From Rhynchobatus australiae (Eukaryota), in NCBI GenBank assembly GCA_034780895.1, contig JAUZTB010000087.1:29593259-29657258 (forward strand): a stretch of 64,000 bases of DNA, written 5' to 3'. Below are positions 24,101 to 39,100 of the stretch, piece after piece; position 1 is the first letter of the stretch, and the number at the start of each line of letters is the position of its first letter. A model generated the notes under the pieces. The model saw nothing but the letters and a program-made list of their open reading frames with translations. It was not told where the DNA came from and searched no databases. Made by a program: the position numbers and the translations under genes.

Positions 24101-27100
24101 TCTCCTAGTCTAAATATTTCACAAGAGCCAAAAGATCTTACCAGTACAGAGTGCAGCAAGTTTCCCAGTGTAGTTTAGGGGCAGTGACCAATTCAGCATT
24201 CAGTTAAATTAACCTTAATCCCTGACATCAGGTCCCTCTTTCGAGTACAGAGGTCTGCTCAAATACGAGATTAAAATCCAACCTATCCATGACCAATCTG
24301 AACCCAATCCAACCAGCCGGAGTACTTGCCATTCTGCCGTACTCTACCTGGCCCAACCCAATGATTACCCTAAATACAACAAACTAAAACATGTTCTTGA
24401 TTTTTTTGATGATTAAACACCAAATAAGTGTACCTAAAATTCTCAACTTTCTTAGTTAGCTTGTAACTGAGCAAATCATCTTGAGCTTTAAGGTACTGAG
24501 CCAGCCTAATCCAACCCAAACTTAAACGTTTTAATTGGAATAGGCACCTGAGCAGATTTGAACCTGACATATGACTAGATCTGTCGGCTGTGTCACTCAG
24601 TTCCTTCTCCCGCCAGCTCTACTCCAGTATTCCTTGTAACCAGGGTTGCTGGTCACGTACAAGCACTGCCAACTACAAATCTATCCGACTCAGGTTTTGG
24701 ATCAAGTCAGTCGTGGAAGGTTGACTCCTTCCTATCTGTCCAAATCAAGATCATCCAGGTCCCAAAGGCACCCTATTTATTATCTTTCCTTTTTGTCCTT
24801 CCAAGTAGTTTCATCTTCAATTGATAACAACGTGATAAGCAAAGTTCAAGCCCTCAAAAGAAATAATTAGAAATACTCAGGAGTAGCAAGCTGAGCAACA
24901 GAACTGTCCAGCTCATAACACTGTTCTGATGATTACAGCAGGACCACCACATTTCAGTTTGAGATGTGGCATTTCAATGAAAACAGTTTGCCTCTGCAAT
25001 ATCAATGATCTATACACAAGGTATTTCATGGCCTTCTTTAATTTAACGCTTTAACAAAGTTAAATTTATATTAGCAGCTGTTAAGTGTGTTCAAAGTAAT
25101 GAGATATTTCAGAGGGCTTTACAAATGACCATTNNNNNNNNNNNNNNNNNNNNNNNNNNNNNNNNNNNNNNNNNNNNNNNNNNNNNNNNNNNNNNNNNNN
25201 NNNNNNNNNNNNNNNNNNNNNNNNNNNNNNNNNNNNNNNNNNNNNNNNNNNNNNNNNNNNNNNNNNNNNNNNNNNNNNNNNNTTAATTGTAGGCCATAGC
25301 TTTCAGCATAATGAAATGACTTATATAACTTGAAATACAAACGCCAGCTTGATCTTGCAGACATTCAAATACAGTATGCACCACACTCCCTCATCAATTG
25401 CTTTATCTAGGTCTTCATTTGACAGTCAGGATGACTCTACCTTCAAGTATAAGCCGGAGTTATCTCCATATAACTGGATGCCCTTTTGTCAAAAATTCAC
25501 CCCACAGCTTGGTCCTGCATCTCTCATGTGAACTGATGGAAGCCTTGCCTATACATATTCAAGGACTGAAAAACATGCCAGAAAACCTTTGGACATTCAT
25601 AAAACACTCACCAGCTTTTACTGCACTGGGATTTTGATGCAATTTAAGGATTAAACTTCTTGGCCCCTTTTCACAGTTCAAACTAAACTGGGTCCCAGTA
25701 GGGATAGTAAGGAGCAAATGGGACAGTCACCTGTCTCTAAACAAACGTCCTCCAATTAGAGTGCACTGGTTAACCCAATATTTAACATGGTGAGTAAAGC
25801 ATGCCATCTTCAGGTAAATCTACCAACATCATATGCAATCTTGACCAAAAAAAACTAATTCTTGCAGAAACATTTCAAAGATACAGACATCCCATCAATT
25901 GTTAAAGGCCTGTAGATACATTTCTTGAGATGGGCGACAGTTGGTATATGCTTCGCATCTCACGTGAGAAAGCAGTAATTCTTCCAACTATACTTAAAAT
26001 ATTGGACTCAGTACACTGTCTTGAATAAAATTTTAAATGCAGTTATGCGTTCCTGAAGTTCCCAGCTTCTTCTCAGGGTTTGTACAAGGTACTGGGTCAA
26101 AATGTTTTCCCTCAGTCTTAGAATATAACATCCCCATAAAAAGCCACAAACTCCACTGCACATTGCTCCCTACTCAGTTCTACTTTGATTCTATCTAGGC
26201 CTCTTATATAGACCATATATATACTGTTCTGACCTAAAAAGCCATTTTTCAGATTCGCAAGAACCAGCAAAATAGCCTGTATATATAACAGCTGGCAAAA
26301 GATACCATCTTAATCTTGCATCTAGAATTAAGTACCGGGCTTCCTCATTAATTGCTTTATCCAGGTCTTCATTTGACTACAAGGATGACTCTACTTCTGA
26401 GTATAAGCCAGAGTCATCTCCAAACAACTATATTCACTTTTGTCAAAAATCCATCCTATTGCTCAGTCCTGCATTTCTTGTGCACAGTGTTTCATTTTCA
26501 CTCAAAACTACTTTCAATGAAATCACCATTTTGATATTATTAGCACATCTTGCTCAAACTAATAGTATAATTCCCTATTCTTGAGTCTCAATGACAAGTT
26601 AGCAGTTTCTAACAAAGATTTATCGTCCCATTTAAAATTAAGACGTGAAATCTATCTAAACCTGTCAATTGAATTAACNNNNNNNNNNNNNNNNNNNNNN
26701 NNNNNNNNNNNNNNNNNNNNNNNNNNNNNNNNNNNNNNNNNNNNNNNNNNNNNNNNNNNNNNNNNNNNNNNNNNNNNNCTGTCAATTGACTTAACTATTG
26801 GACAGTGTACCAAAAGTCCATAAAACCATTTTAGACAGAAAAATCTTACTTCAAAAAGGAACACAAGAGCATTCGAACTTCAGTTACCTAGAAAATGAAA
26901 TTTAAATCATGCAAAAACTACTCAAGAGCTAAACTTGCTTCATTGAATTCTGTGTTTGTCATAAAATACAAGTTTATTTCTCATATTTTCTTTCATTGCA
27001 AGTTCTTTAAGACTCACGCCCTTAATGATTAAAAATAGGGAAGGGAACCATAAATTTACAAGTACATTGAAATTCTCCCTCAACCAATGAAAACAATCAA

Positions 27101-30100
27101 AAACTCACCTTTATTAATTACAGAAAGAGTAGTTCCAACATTTGCTGGAGATTGGTCAGGCTCCTGGGGTGGAACTACCATGGCAAGTGCTTGTACTGGT
27201 ACCCTGGGAGCCTGGAAAAAATGTTAATTACAGAATAACCCAATTATAATTATATAAACTTATACAGCCATCCACAAATAATAATAAATTTTCAAATAGA
27301 AATTGAACTATTCAAAAGTTTTCAATCTTTATTAAAGTTTAATTTTGCAAGAATCGAAGTGCAAGCCCATTATGTCTGTGCCAGTTCTCTGAATGAGTTA
27401 TCAATGAGTCTTATTTCCTTGCACCTTTTTCTACTACCTTGCAAATATTTCCCTCTTTTAAAGCATCTCACCATTGTTTTTGCATTCCAGGTAGGAACAA
27501 GCAGCTGCTCTTGGTTAACTGTCTTAAAGGGACGATTGCTATTTACTGACCTTTTTGTAACTGGAAACAGTATCTTATTGCCAAAACCTATCATGATTTT
27601 AAATATACAGATTACATTTTCCTTTAACCTTCCGAGCTTAAACAGAGAATGACCTCAGTTTCCTTCATCTATTCACATAACTGAATTCCTGCATCCCTGG
27701 TACATTCTGGTAAATCTTACCTCAACCCTGAGATCTAACACAATCCCCAGTAAGACTGGGCTCTGTCACCGTGGAATTTGGCAATGGAATGGACAGAATG
27801 AAGGTGCAGTTATCACCCAGTAGTTTCTGGAATTATGGCAGTCTTGGCATGGAAGAAAAAATATTGTCAAATGAGAGAAAATGCTTGACAATTTGGGAGA
27901 TTATTCCAAGGCTAAAAGTGGCAAATTGCAACAATAAGAGGTCATGTTATTTTCTTCTCTAAGCAAATCTTCTGCATCTAAATCATTTCAAACATATACA
28001 GGGATACCCTGTGATGTAGATTTTGGCACAGTGAACAAAGCTGTATAAATGAGCCACAGATATTTTCAGCAGGAAAACTGTGGGAAATGGTGCCAACAAT
28101 GCAGAAATGTGCTTGTAAAATTCACATCAAACAATGAGGGAAAATATACTTAGTGGTTAAGATGGTACTAATTCACTCTTAAAACCCCAAGTTTAAACTA
28201 ACTTCAGTTCTAAACCAGTGTTACCTTCAAGGTGAAAACTACTTTTATATCTAACTACTCCTGAGGTAGATTAATCCACAATGTGTCACTCCAAAATCTG
28301 AATGAATCACAGCTGCTATTTTGAATAACTCCTGAAGGAATCAGACCAAAGAAACAGTCTTTGGGAACATATGCACTGGCCAGAAGGCTAGAATAAACAA
28401 TTGTTTTCCTCTTAAATGCTCAAATTAAAACCAAAGATCTCTGCAATGTTCAAATTTTAGTATTGTACATATCTAATCCTAGTTCAAACTTTATTGATAC
28501 CATATCTATTACTCTGGAGACCTTGTATCAAAAATCCCAAATACATGTTGCAACTTTGCAATTTCAAAGCANNNNNNNNNNNNNNNNNNNNNNNNNNNNN
28601 NNNNNNNNNNNNNNNNNNNNNNNNNNNNNNNNNNNNNNNNNNNNNNNNNNNNNNNNNNNNNNNNNNNNNNNGCTGCTAATCACAAAAATAGAACTCAAAA
28701 AGAAAGAACAAGATACAAATTATCAGGATGTAATTAGTGGGACACTACAAACAAAGAACCATTAGTTCTTGAGCCAGCCATTTCTAACTGTATCAACAAT
28801 AAAGACCGAGGAAATTAATCCAAGTTTCATCACAATACAAAGCTAGTGGAAAAATGAGCTTTAAGGAAACAACCAAAGAATACAGAAACATATGGACAAG
28901 TAGGCAAAAATATGACAGATGGAAAGTTAGCATTTTGATTGACATGTTGGCTTTTGTTACAAAGGAATTGGAATATAGAGCAGAGAGGTCTGGCATCATT
29001 AACAAAAGTACTTGGAGAGATTAAGCCCACTGTAGTAGTGTTTTGGTCTCCTTAGCCAAGGAGGAATATGCTTGCCTTAGAGAGTACAGAAGTTCGTTGG
29101 ACTGAATTCTTAGATGAGTGAGTTATCACACAAAGAAACCATGTACACAAGTCCTATATTCTTGAGCTTATATGAGTGAAAGTTGATCTTATTTATGTTA
29201 AGAATTTGTAAGGGGCATGGCAAGGTAGATGTTAGGAGAAACCTTCCCTTGGTTGGCCAGTCTGAAGCTACGGGAATCAATCTCAATAAGGGAGTACCCG
29301 TTTAGGAACCTCTCCATGCACCTTTTGCATTTACAGCATTGTGATTCCTTGGTGTTTGTGCATATTCAAGGCAACATCTAACAGGTTTTTGCATTAGAAA
29401 GGGAGTCAAGGGATATGAGGATACTGGGGAAAGGTGGTGCCATAGTGGGAAATTAATCTTGATTTAACTGAATGGCAGGACAGGCACTTGAGTCAAATCT
29501 CCTACTATTTCTTTATATGATTTAATAAAAGTACTACTCTTGTTCATTGCATACCTATTGCAATTTTGATTCCAGTTGATCAAAACTTTGTAAGTAGAAC
29601 AGTTTAAAGTTAAGTCTAAAAATATGGCAAGTTAAAATGACCTGTATGCAAGCTTATGCAATAATAATTATAATTAGCCAAAAATTCAAACTTTGACAAG
29701 AATGTCTTGAGTGCACATCAAGGTTACAATGCTCAGCTTATATTTTACTCACTTTTGTTAGTGTGCTCACAATTAGTTTCAAAAATAAATTGCCATCGGA
29801 AAAATCACCTTAAATGAAGATGGTAATTTAAATCCCCTTTTGCAGTGGAAGCAGTAAATTGAAAATAATTTGGAGCCTCACCTGAGACTGATCATGAGAA
29901 GGCGGTGTGAGCTGAGCCACATCTGGTCCTGGAACAGGCAAGATGTTGTTTGGGTAGTCTAACAAGTATGATACTACGTTTGTATGCCCTCCTTTAGCAG
30001 CTTCAATGAGCATTGTGGAGCCATCCTGAGGAATACAAAGTTAGGCCAAATGTTTTCATTAAAGGAATTTTAAGGACTTTTGACATCAGAATTACAAAGT

Positions 30101-33100
30101 GCAGTCTACAAAACTTGCCTTCTAAAGCACATTTTCAATACCTTTAATCGGTGTGTAGGATCTGCTCCATGTGCCAAAAGGAGTTCAACAACAGCAAGAT
30201 GTCCTCCAGCACATGCCAAAGACACCACAGTATGATCATTGTTAGCTGTAGCTCTGTTCACATTTGCTCCTGAAAAGATAAAATCAAAGTTATCATGAAG
30301 CAGTTGTGCCTTGATCACACATGCAACCTGCACAATACATTCACTGCAATTCCAGTGTGAGAAAAATCCCATGTTTCACTAATATCTTTTCAGGGAAGAG
30401 AACCCATCATCCATGCCATTCTAACCCAATTACAACTCTAGATCTATGGTAATGTGATCAATTACTAATTGCCCCCTGAAATAACCCAATGTGCAACTCC
30501 ACTTAAAAGGTAATTCTTGTGACACTCGGATGTCATAAAAGAATGAAATAGTGGCTGTGCAATTACTTGTTTNNNNNNNNNNNNNNNNNNNNNNNNNNNN
30601 NNNNNNNNNNNNNNNNNNNNNNNNNNNNNNNNNNNNNNNNNNNNNNNNNNNNNNNNNNNNNNNNNNNNNNNNNNAACCTCTAATGCTTAATTATGACCCA
30701 AGTCTAGAGTGACTTTAGGTAAATAAAGTAAATGCTTATCAACTTCTCTAATTTATTTTGCCATCAACTTACATCATGGCAAATAAATCTACCAGTATGC
30801 CTTTGGGATATGGAAGGAAATTTGCATGGAGACAGAAGAAACAAACTCTGCACGGAGAGCACAAGGTCAAGATCAAACCCGAATGCCTGGAGCCAATGGG
30901 CAGCAACACTAACCGTTGCCCAGCTGCGGCGCAGTTAAATCAACTCCAAGAGGATATCCTAAGAAAATGTACAGACCAAAAAAAAGTAACCCATGTGTGA
31001 AACTGAAGGTGACGTGGGCAAATTTCTGAATGAATTTTTTTTGAGAGAGACTTCGCAGAAGAGAATTAATGTCAATGGTGTAGTTAAGGTATTGGATGAG
31101 ATAAATGTAGGTAAAAGTATGACAAGGTTATCACCTTTGAAGATGGATAAATTGGCCGGCCCAGATTAAATGAATCCCAGGCTGTTAAAAGCAGCAAGGG
31201 AGGAAATTGCAGAAGCTCCAACTGTACTTTTTCCAATCCCCTATGGCTACAGGAGTGGAACTTAAGGGACTGAAGAACTGTAAATGCTTCACCATTGCTT
31301 TAAAATAAATAATTACAGCCCAGTTTAACTTCAAGGATGCCAATTATTGGAACTCAGGTCACGTTTAACTAGCTTGATTGCATTCTTTGAGGAGCGATAA
31401 GGAGGGTTGTTGAAGGCAGTGCATTTAGCAAGAATTTTGACAAACTCCAATATGGCAAACTGGATAAAGGAGGAAATGCCCATTGGATTCAAGAGAGATT
31501 GTCAAATTGAATCAAAAACTTGCTATACAGTGGGAAGTAAAGATAATAGTTAATGCACGTTTTTGTCAAAGGTTGTTACAAATAATGTTCAATAGGTATC
31601 AATGCTTGGTGCCTTGCAATTTGTTAAAATATTACAGTTTAGACCCAAATGTAGGGGGCATGAAGAATAGTTTCGTAAATGATGCTAAAAATGGCTATGT
31701 GGTTGACAGAGAGGAACAAAAATTTAGACTGCACAAAGACACAGATGGCCTGATCAATTGGGCAGAAATGTGGCAAATAGAATTTAATCCACAGAAGTCT
31801 GAAGTAATTTATTTGGGAAGATGCAACAAGGCAAGGGGAGATGCATTACATACAAGGGACAGGGGTAGGGGTAGGGGAGAGGATGTTGCATGATAATGCA
31901 GAAACAAAAAGACCTTCAAGTTCAAGCAGTCAGATCCTTAAAGGCAGCAGGTAGATTGATAAAATAGTTAAAAAGCCACAAGGAATACTCCCCTTTGTTA
32001 GCCAAGGCACAGAATAGGAGATAGGGTGAATATGCACGACGATACAACACTAGTTGGACAGTTCAAGTATGGAGTGCAGTCTAGTCATCACAATAAAATT
32101 TTTAAAAATGTGATTGTAATAAAAGAAATGGAGATGATGCCAGTAGTGGAAAATTGTCACCATGAAGGAAACAAAAATAATACAAGGTCATTTTCTATGG
32201 AATGGGAGGTTGAGGGGAGACTTAACTGTGGTATGCAAAATTAAGGAGCAAGGCAGTAAATTGGAAGGACCTTTTCCCCCCCCTTAGGGTCAACAACTTG
32301 GAATGACACATTAAGACTGGAAGAGCATTAAGTGTGGAATATACTTCGGTGATTTGGAACTGGAGGCAGAAAATGTTGCAATAAAGTTTGATAGCTCTTC
32401 TAACAAGTTTATTTCAATGGATAGATGTAATTGATAGAAGGATTAGAGCAGAAAAGGAAACATTTCATCACCTAGAGAGTGATAAGGGTCTAGAATATTT
32501 CCTGGAAGGGTGGCATTGCCACAAATCATCATAATGCTTCAACAGTATTTAGATGTGCACAGGCTATGTGCTGGAAGGTGGGCTTGGCTGGGTGGCTTTT
32601 TTAAAAAAAAAGAATGATAAATGACTGCTTCCATGTCATAATTTTTTTCTATGGAGTTAAAGAAAATGCCTGCAACCCATGAAAACCTGAACAAGCTTCA
32701 GCAAGAATTCAAAAGGATCTGAGCATTGAATATGCACTCATGTAATAAGGAGAAAAACGTGCTTCAAAGAAAGCAACATTGTTTACCTAATGTCAGGATT
32801 GTCTCTTAAATCTTCACTTCTTGTATTTCATTCCAAGATCCCCATTTAAGTGAATTTAGAACAGTTATCAAAACTTTCTTGCAGCACTTTTCTGCTTCCA
32901 CTGAAGAAATATTCCACACTTGCATATTCTTCCAAAATCACTAATAGAACCCAGATTGCCAGCTCTGGCTCTGCATGGTGCACTGAAATCAATGATCTAT
33001 GTATGGTTTGCTGCTAAGTAAACAGGTTTCAAATTGTGCTACTGGGATTGGTGAGATAAAAGCATATTTCTGATATCTGAGCGATATTATTCCTTAAGTT

Positions 33101-36100
33101 AATTTGTGCCTCAGTTTTGATCTCAGAGCTAAACCAGTCTTTCAGAGAAAACTGACACACACAGTCTTAAGTTAACTAACATGGGTTACAAACCTCATTC
33201 AATGCATTAATTCCTTTTAAAATTGTATTTAAAAAATGGATTTTTCAGGTTTGTATACATNNNNNNNNNNNNNNNNNNNNNNNNNNNNNGGGTATTTAGT
33301 CAGGACATTCCGGGAGGACAAATGATGGCTCACCTTTACTGATGAGGAATTGTACTGTACACAAATGACCCGCTCTTGCGGCTTTCATCAGCGGTGTCCT
33401 CCCACCTTCAGATTCATGCTCCTGTTAAAACAAAACCTCATGAAGGGGCTTAAGAACTAGAATCTAATCCTATTAAACTACATACAATTTTTAATAAAGT
33501 TGTCAAAGAAATACCCTGAAGTGCCAAATTCAGAATTCATTACAAAGTTAAATTAAATTTTATATTAATTATACTTCAAACTAATAATTGAATGTTTGCT
33601 AAAAATGGATTCATCTTATATATTCAATTATGGTCAAATTACCATGTTAATTGCCTGCCTATTGCTACAATCTAAAATGTTACAGGCAATAGTAATTATT
33701 ACCAAATCAGCTCCTGCTTGCAGAAGAACATCAGCAACATCAGTATGCCCATTTTCACAGGCATAAGTTAAGGCTGTATCTCCTGTAGCTGTTGTGGCAT
33801 GCACATTTGCTCCTAGTTAAAAAAAAAAGCAGAAATTATGCATACATAATACAGACAAAAATTTAGTCATAGTTTAAGCATTTACTGCTTAGATTAGAAA
33901 TGTAATATTTTAAATCAAATTTGCATGATACAAAAATGTCATTTCTTGGATAAATCACTTTTAAATTCAGGATTCTGTTTCTACCTCAGATGCAAGGCTT
34001 GAAGAACTTAGTTCTAAGAGTGAGGTAGTCTATCAGCAGACCCTCAGGTCTGGCAGTTAAGTCTTACCACTTGAAAGCAATACTACTTCAATAACAAACC
34101 ATCCTTTCCCTTCATTCCCATCGTAATTACAACCAAAATAATTTTAGTCATTAGTATCAATAAAATGCACTCTTAATATATTAAAACAGTTTTGTTTTAA
34201 ACAACTGATTACTTTGGAAGAAGCTCAAATGTGATGGAAGACAATTTACTAGAAGTAATTTTTTTGATCTCAAAAAGTTTGAACATCAAAATTAATGCTC
34301 ATACCAAAATGTGACTGAGCTTCACATTTATCTCACTAGAATTTCAAAGCTAAAATACTTGTTTCATCTCATCAATTTTCCAAAAAGAAAATGATGCCAA
34401 GACTAGTAACAACTGCCAGAATTTTCACCATCACGAAAAAATGTAGCTAGAAGTGGCAAGACCTGTTCATATTTTACTTGCATCGTTATAATCAGGTGTA
34501 GAAAGAAAGTTTAATCATAGATTGCATTTCCCTGCGGAATGCCTCCAATGATGCTGAGGGACTAAGTACTAATTAATCAATTTTTAGTTGTTTATCTTGT
34601 GTTATGAGACTGATCACATTTCAAAGACAAATTGAATGTTTAAACTTAAAATTTGACTTAACAAATGACAACTCTACTCCCTAATGTCAGTTTGCATTGT
34701 GGTTTGTAGAACTCTCAGATTTGATTGTCAGCTTTGATCCCAGTTCTAGTTATTTCTTCAGAACTAAATTGAAGGACAGACAAGGAAGCGCACACGATGT
34801 TCAGGACATCAAAGTAGCAAAATGCAGTGAATTATAAATGTAGGACTGCAATGCAAAAATCTTAAATTTTCGATCTGGGAAATAGAAAATTAGAAAACCA
34901 TTAGCAAATCAGAACATACCTGCTGCAAGTAAATACTTGACCAATTCAAGATGACCTTCTTGAGCAGCCTCCATCAATGGTGTAGAGCAACCCAATTCAA
35001 TGTCAGCACCTGCCTTTATTAAAAAGTCTGCAACTTCCAAGAATCCCCCACAGCAAGCTAGTGTCAGTGCCGTCTCCTGGGTTTCTTCTGTCTGTGCATT
35101 AATATTGGCTCCTAAAAGAATCCCAGCAGAATTGTGTTATTTATGAAGCCCCTGATTAATGAGAAATCATGGCTGGTCATCTACCTCGACACTACCTTCC
35201 AAAACATACAATTTCTTCATGATCAAAAAATCTAATAAATCTCTCATCTCAAATTACTGAACAACTAAGTACTGACAGCATCTGGGATGTTAAGTTCCAC
35301 AGATTCATAATAGTTAGTAGGAAAGTTCTTATCTCAGTCCTGAAAAAGCCTAGCCTTCAGCTAGAAAATCCTCCCAGCATCAACCATGGAAAGGCCATTA
35401 CGTACATTTTCAATGAGGTCATCTCTCACCCCCATCTAATATCAGTTGCAAGAACATTTACTCAGTTCCTTTAAGTATATCTTTGCTGGAGTAGGGAGAA
35501 AACTATGAAGCACTTCAATGATAGTCTACTCATGATCCTATATAATTACAACTTTGGTAACAGTTTATTAACACATCATAAAATGAGTGCAATTTCATTA
35601 AAGGCAATTAATTGACAGATCTATTTTTTTTAAATAAGTTACACTCCAGTCCTTACAAAATAAAACATTAATAAGTCCTTGTTCACTGCATGTAATACCA
35701 ACGTTCCTCTGAATACAACCATCCCCATAGCTCGCCATTGAAAAAAATTTCATACCAGGGTAGATAACTTCACAATTCTTCACCTTGTATTCCATCTGCC
35801 ATGTTTTTGCTCACTTAGCCCATCTACTTTCTATTGCAGCCTTTCAGCATCCCCCGGTAATTTACCATTCACAATTGGTAAATTTGAATACATTACACTC
35901 AGTCCCCTCATATGAATCATTAGATATAAAATGTAAATCATAATCCTGCAACATCATACCAGTTACAGGCTGCCAGCCAAAAAGTCCATTTCCTTTTGTC
36001 TATTATCCAACCCTTAATCCATTCTGATTATATTATCACCAAAATTATGAACCCACATTTGTTGTAACAACCTAGTGACTTTTCACTGAAAATCCAAATA

Positions 36101-39100
36101 TGCTGCATTTTCTGGCTCCCCCTTATCTAAATGATTAATTAGATTTGTCAAACATCAGCATCCATCAACCCAACCAGTACCAATCATCCCCCTAAAACAT
36201 GCTTTCTGCCTGTAAACACATCCCAATAAAAAGGTTCAATCAACTTCCCAAAACTATTTATTCTGTTTACTACCTTGTGTATACTAATCTTCCTTGTCTA
36301 TTCTGATAGAGACCATTCTATAAACTGGGTTTGCTGGAAGACTGAAATCTTCATCTTTCTGTTGCATTTCAGTACAGGTGAAATTAACAGACTATTTCCT
36401 ACCAGGACTAATTTCACAAGCTTCTCATTCTCACTACGGCCCTGGTTCTCCACAATTCCCAAATGTAGCGAGGGCAAATACAACTGCAAAGCCTTGATTT
36501 AATGACAACTTTGGAACTTTACAATTTTAGGTCCCAGATACAAATCAGCTTAGCTACAAGCAAAGTTATGATGCAGTCCAAGAGATACCATTACAATGCT
36601 TTAAATACTGACATTAACCCATCAGAACTTGGACATTAAGGACACAATCTTAAAACATACTCCAGAGAACAAGAGAATAAAGACAAACAGTGCTTTTGTT
36701 TATTGGGTAAACTCCCCACCAATCATAATGCCCACAGAAATCAAAGGCAGGTTGTTTCACTTCCCTACTGCAGTACCTATATTAGGTTAATAAACAGGTT
36801 CACTCACAAAATTATTCGGACAGAAAGGTCACATGCACTTTGATGCCAGTCTAAAGACGGGTTTGATTTGATTGACAGCTCAAGTTGAATGGACCCATGG
36901 TGAAATTCCCAATTAGAGTTGTTGAAACAAAGTAGCCAATGCAAAACTTCTTCCAAATTGAGCCCAATCTGACACCATCAACAGTAATCAGGTCACAGGA
37001 AAATTCACAGAAGCTAAAGAATTAGGTGCAGTGTAGGATCTTGTATTAAGTTTATACTGCAGTTATCACTGCTTGGGGAAGGGAACACTAAAAAGGCAGA
37101 AATTATTCTAAATCAGTTTGAACTGCCTTTATACACATGAATATACTATTAAACAGATTTGGTAGATTTTAGTCAGTCTTTACAAGTATGTAATCTATCA
37201 ACTTTTTCCAAACAAAGAGCTGACTGTGTGGGATGTAAATTAATATTTACTCTTGATCTTAGGGAGCAAAAACAGAGCATTAAAAGAATGAAATCTGTAA
37301 ACAGGAAATATCTATTATAAAGGTCACAAAAGAATGTTATGTTGTCAATCAGAAATAACCAATTAAGTTTGCAGTTTATGATGGTATTGTTGAACCCAAG
37401 TACAACAAGATATGCTTAGNNNNNNNNNNNNNNNNNNNNNNNNNNNNNNNNNNNNNNNNNNNNNNNNNNNNNNNNNNNNNNNNNNNNNNNNNNNNNNNNN
37501 NNNNNNNNNNNNNNNNNNNNNNNNNNNNNNNNNNNNNNNNNNNNNNNNNNNNNNNNNNNNNNNNNNNNNNNNNNNNNNNNNNNNNNNNNNNNNNNNNNNN
37601 NNNNNNNNNNNNNNNNNNNNNNNNNNNNNNNNNNNNNNNNNNNNNNNNNNNNNNNNNNNNNNNNNNNCAACCACCTCACACTCAACATCAGCAAGGCCAA
37701 GGAAATGATTGTGGACTTCAGGATGGGAAAGTTGGGAGAATACACACAGTCTTCATTGAGGGGTCAGCAGTGAAAAGGGTGAGCAGCTTCAAGTTCCTAG
37801 GTTTCAACACCTCGGAGGACCTATCCTGGGCCCAACATATTTATGCAATAAGAAAGGTGGCACACCAGTGGCTCTACTCCGTTGCGAGTTTGAGGAGATT
37901 TGATACGTCATCATAGATTCTTGCAAATTTCTATAAGGTGCAGATCATCCTGACTGGTTGCATCACAGCCTAGTATGGAGCCTCCAATGTACAAGATCAC
38001 AAGAGGCTGCTGAAGGTTGCAGACTTAGCCAACTCCTTCAAAGGAATAACCCTCCCCACCATTGAGGACCTCTCCAAGAGGTGGTGCCCATCATTAAGGG
38101 TCCTCACCATCCAGGACGTGTCCTCTTCTCGTTACTACCATCAGGGTGGAGGACCCAAAGTCAACAATTCAGGAGCAGCTTCCTCCCTCCAACAGATTTC
38201 TGAACAACCCATGCATATTACCTCATTATTCCTTTTTTTTGCACTATATTTTCATAATTTATAGATTTTTGTCTTTGCACCGTACTGCTGCTGCAAAACA
38301 ACAAATCTCACGTCATATGTCAGTGATAATAAATTTAATTCCCTACAGCTTTCACATTGAATATGACCTGCAAGTGGAACGACTGCTACCACAGCTAGGT
38401 TAAGCAAATGATCTATTCTTAAATGATAAACTAATTAAAAGATTATGATTTTAAATATATGAAATAAAGTGATATCAGATTGGTCAAGCAAGCACAGTTA
38501 GAGAATTGCCCATAATGAAAGGCTCAAGGAGCAATAATGGTCCATTTATGCTTTTTTTTTTCCTTAGTCTTACCAAAAAATAATGAAATGGTGCATTTGA
38601 ATCTAAACTAAATTCATAAGGAATATTCAGTTATTAGTCAATTGTTTCATTATATATCGATGAATGTCATTTCTAAATGCAAGAGACATTTCGTACCCTG
38701 AGCAAGCAGCAAAGCTACCATTTCCTCATGGCCTTCTCGTGATGCTTCCATTAATGGTGTATATCCTTCATCATTTACTTCTTCAAGGTTGGCTCCTCTT
38801 TCTATGAGCAAAGCTGCCAGCTCCACGTGACCACCACAAGCAGCAAGAGTCAATGGTGACTCAAAAGAATCAGCTGGCATGTTTACTTGTGCACCACTGT
38901 CCAAAAGGAGCCGAGCTACTTCAACATGGCCATCCTATTTTGGTAAAGTTAATTGTCAGTCTCTTCATACATTAAATATCCAGCACATTCCATTGCAATA
39001 ATCATAAATCAAATGCAAACCAGTTTTGAACCTCAACAATACAAATTCAAACGGAAAATACTCAGCAATTAATGTTACATCAAGAGAGAAACTTAACAGT

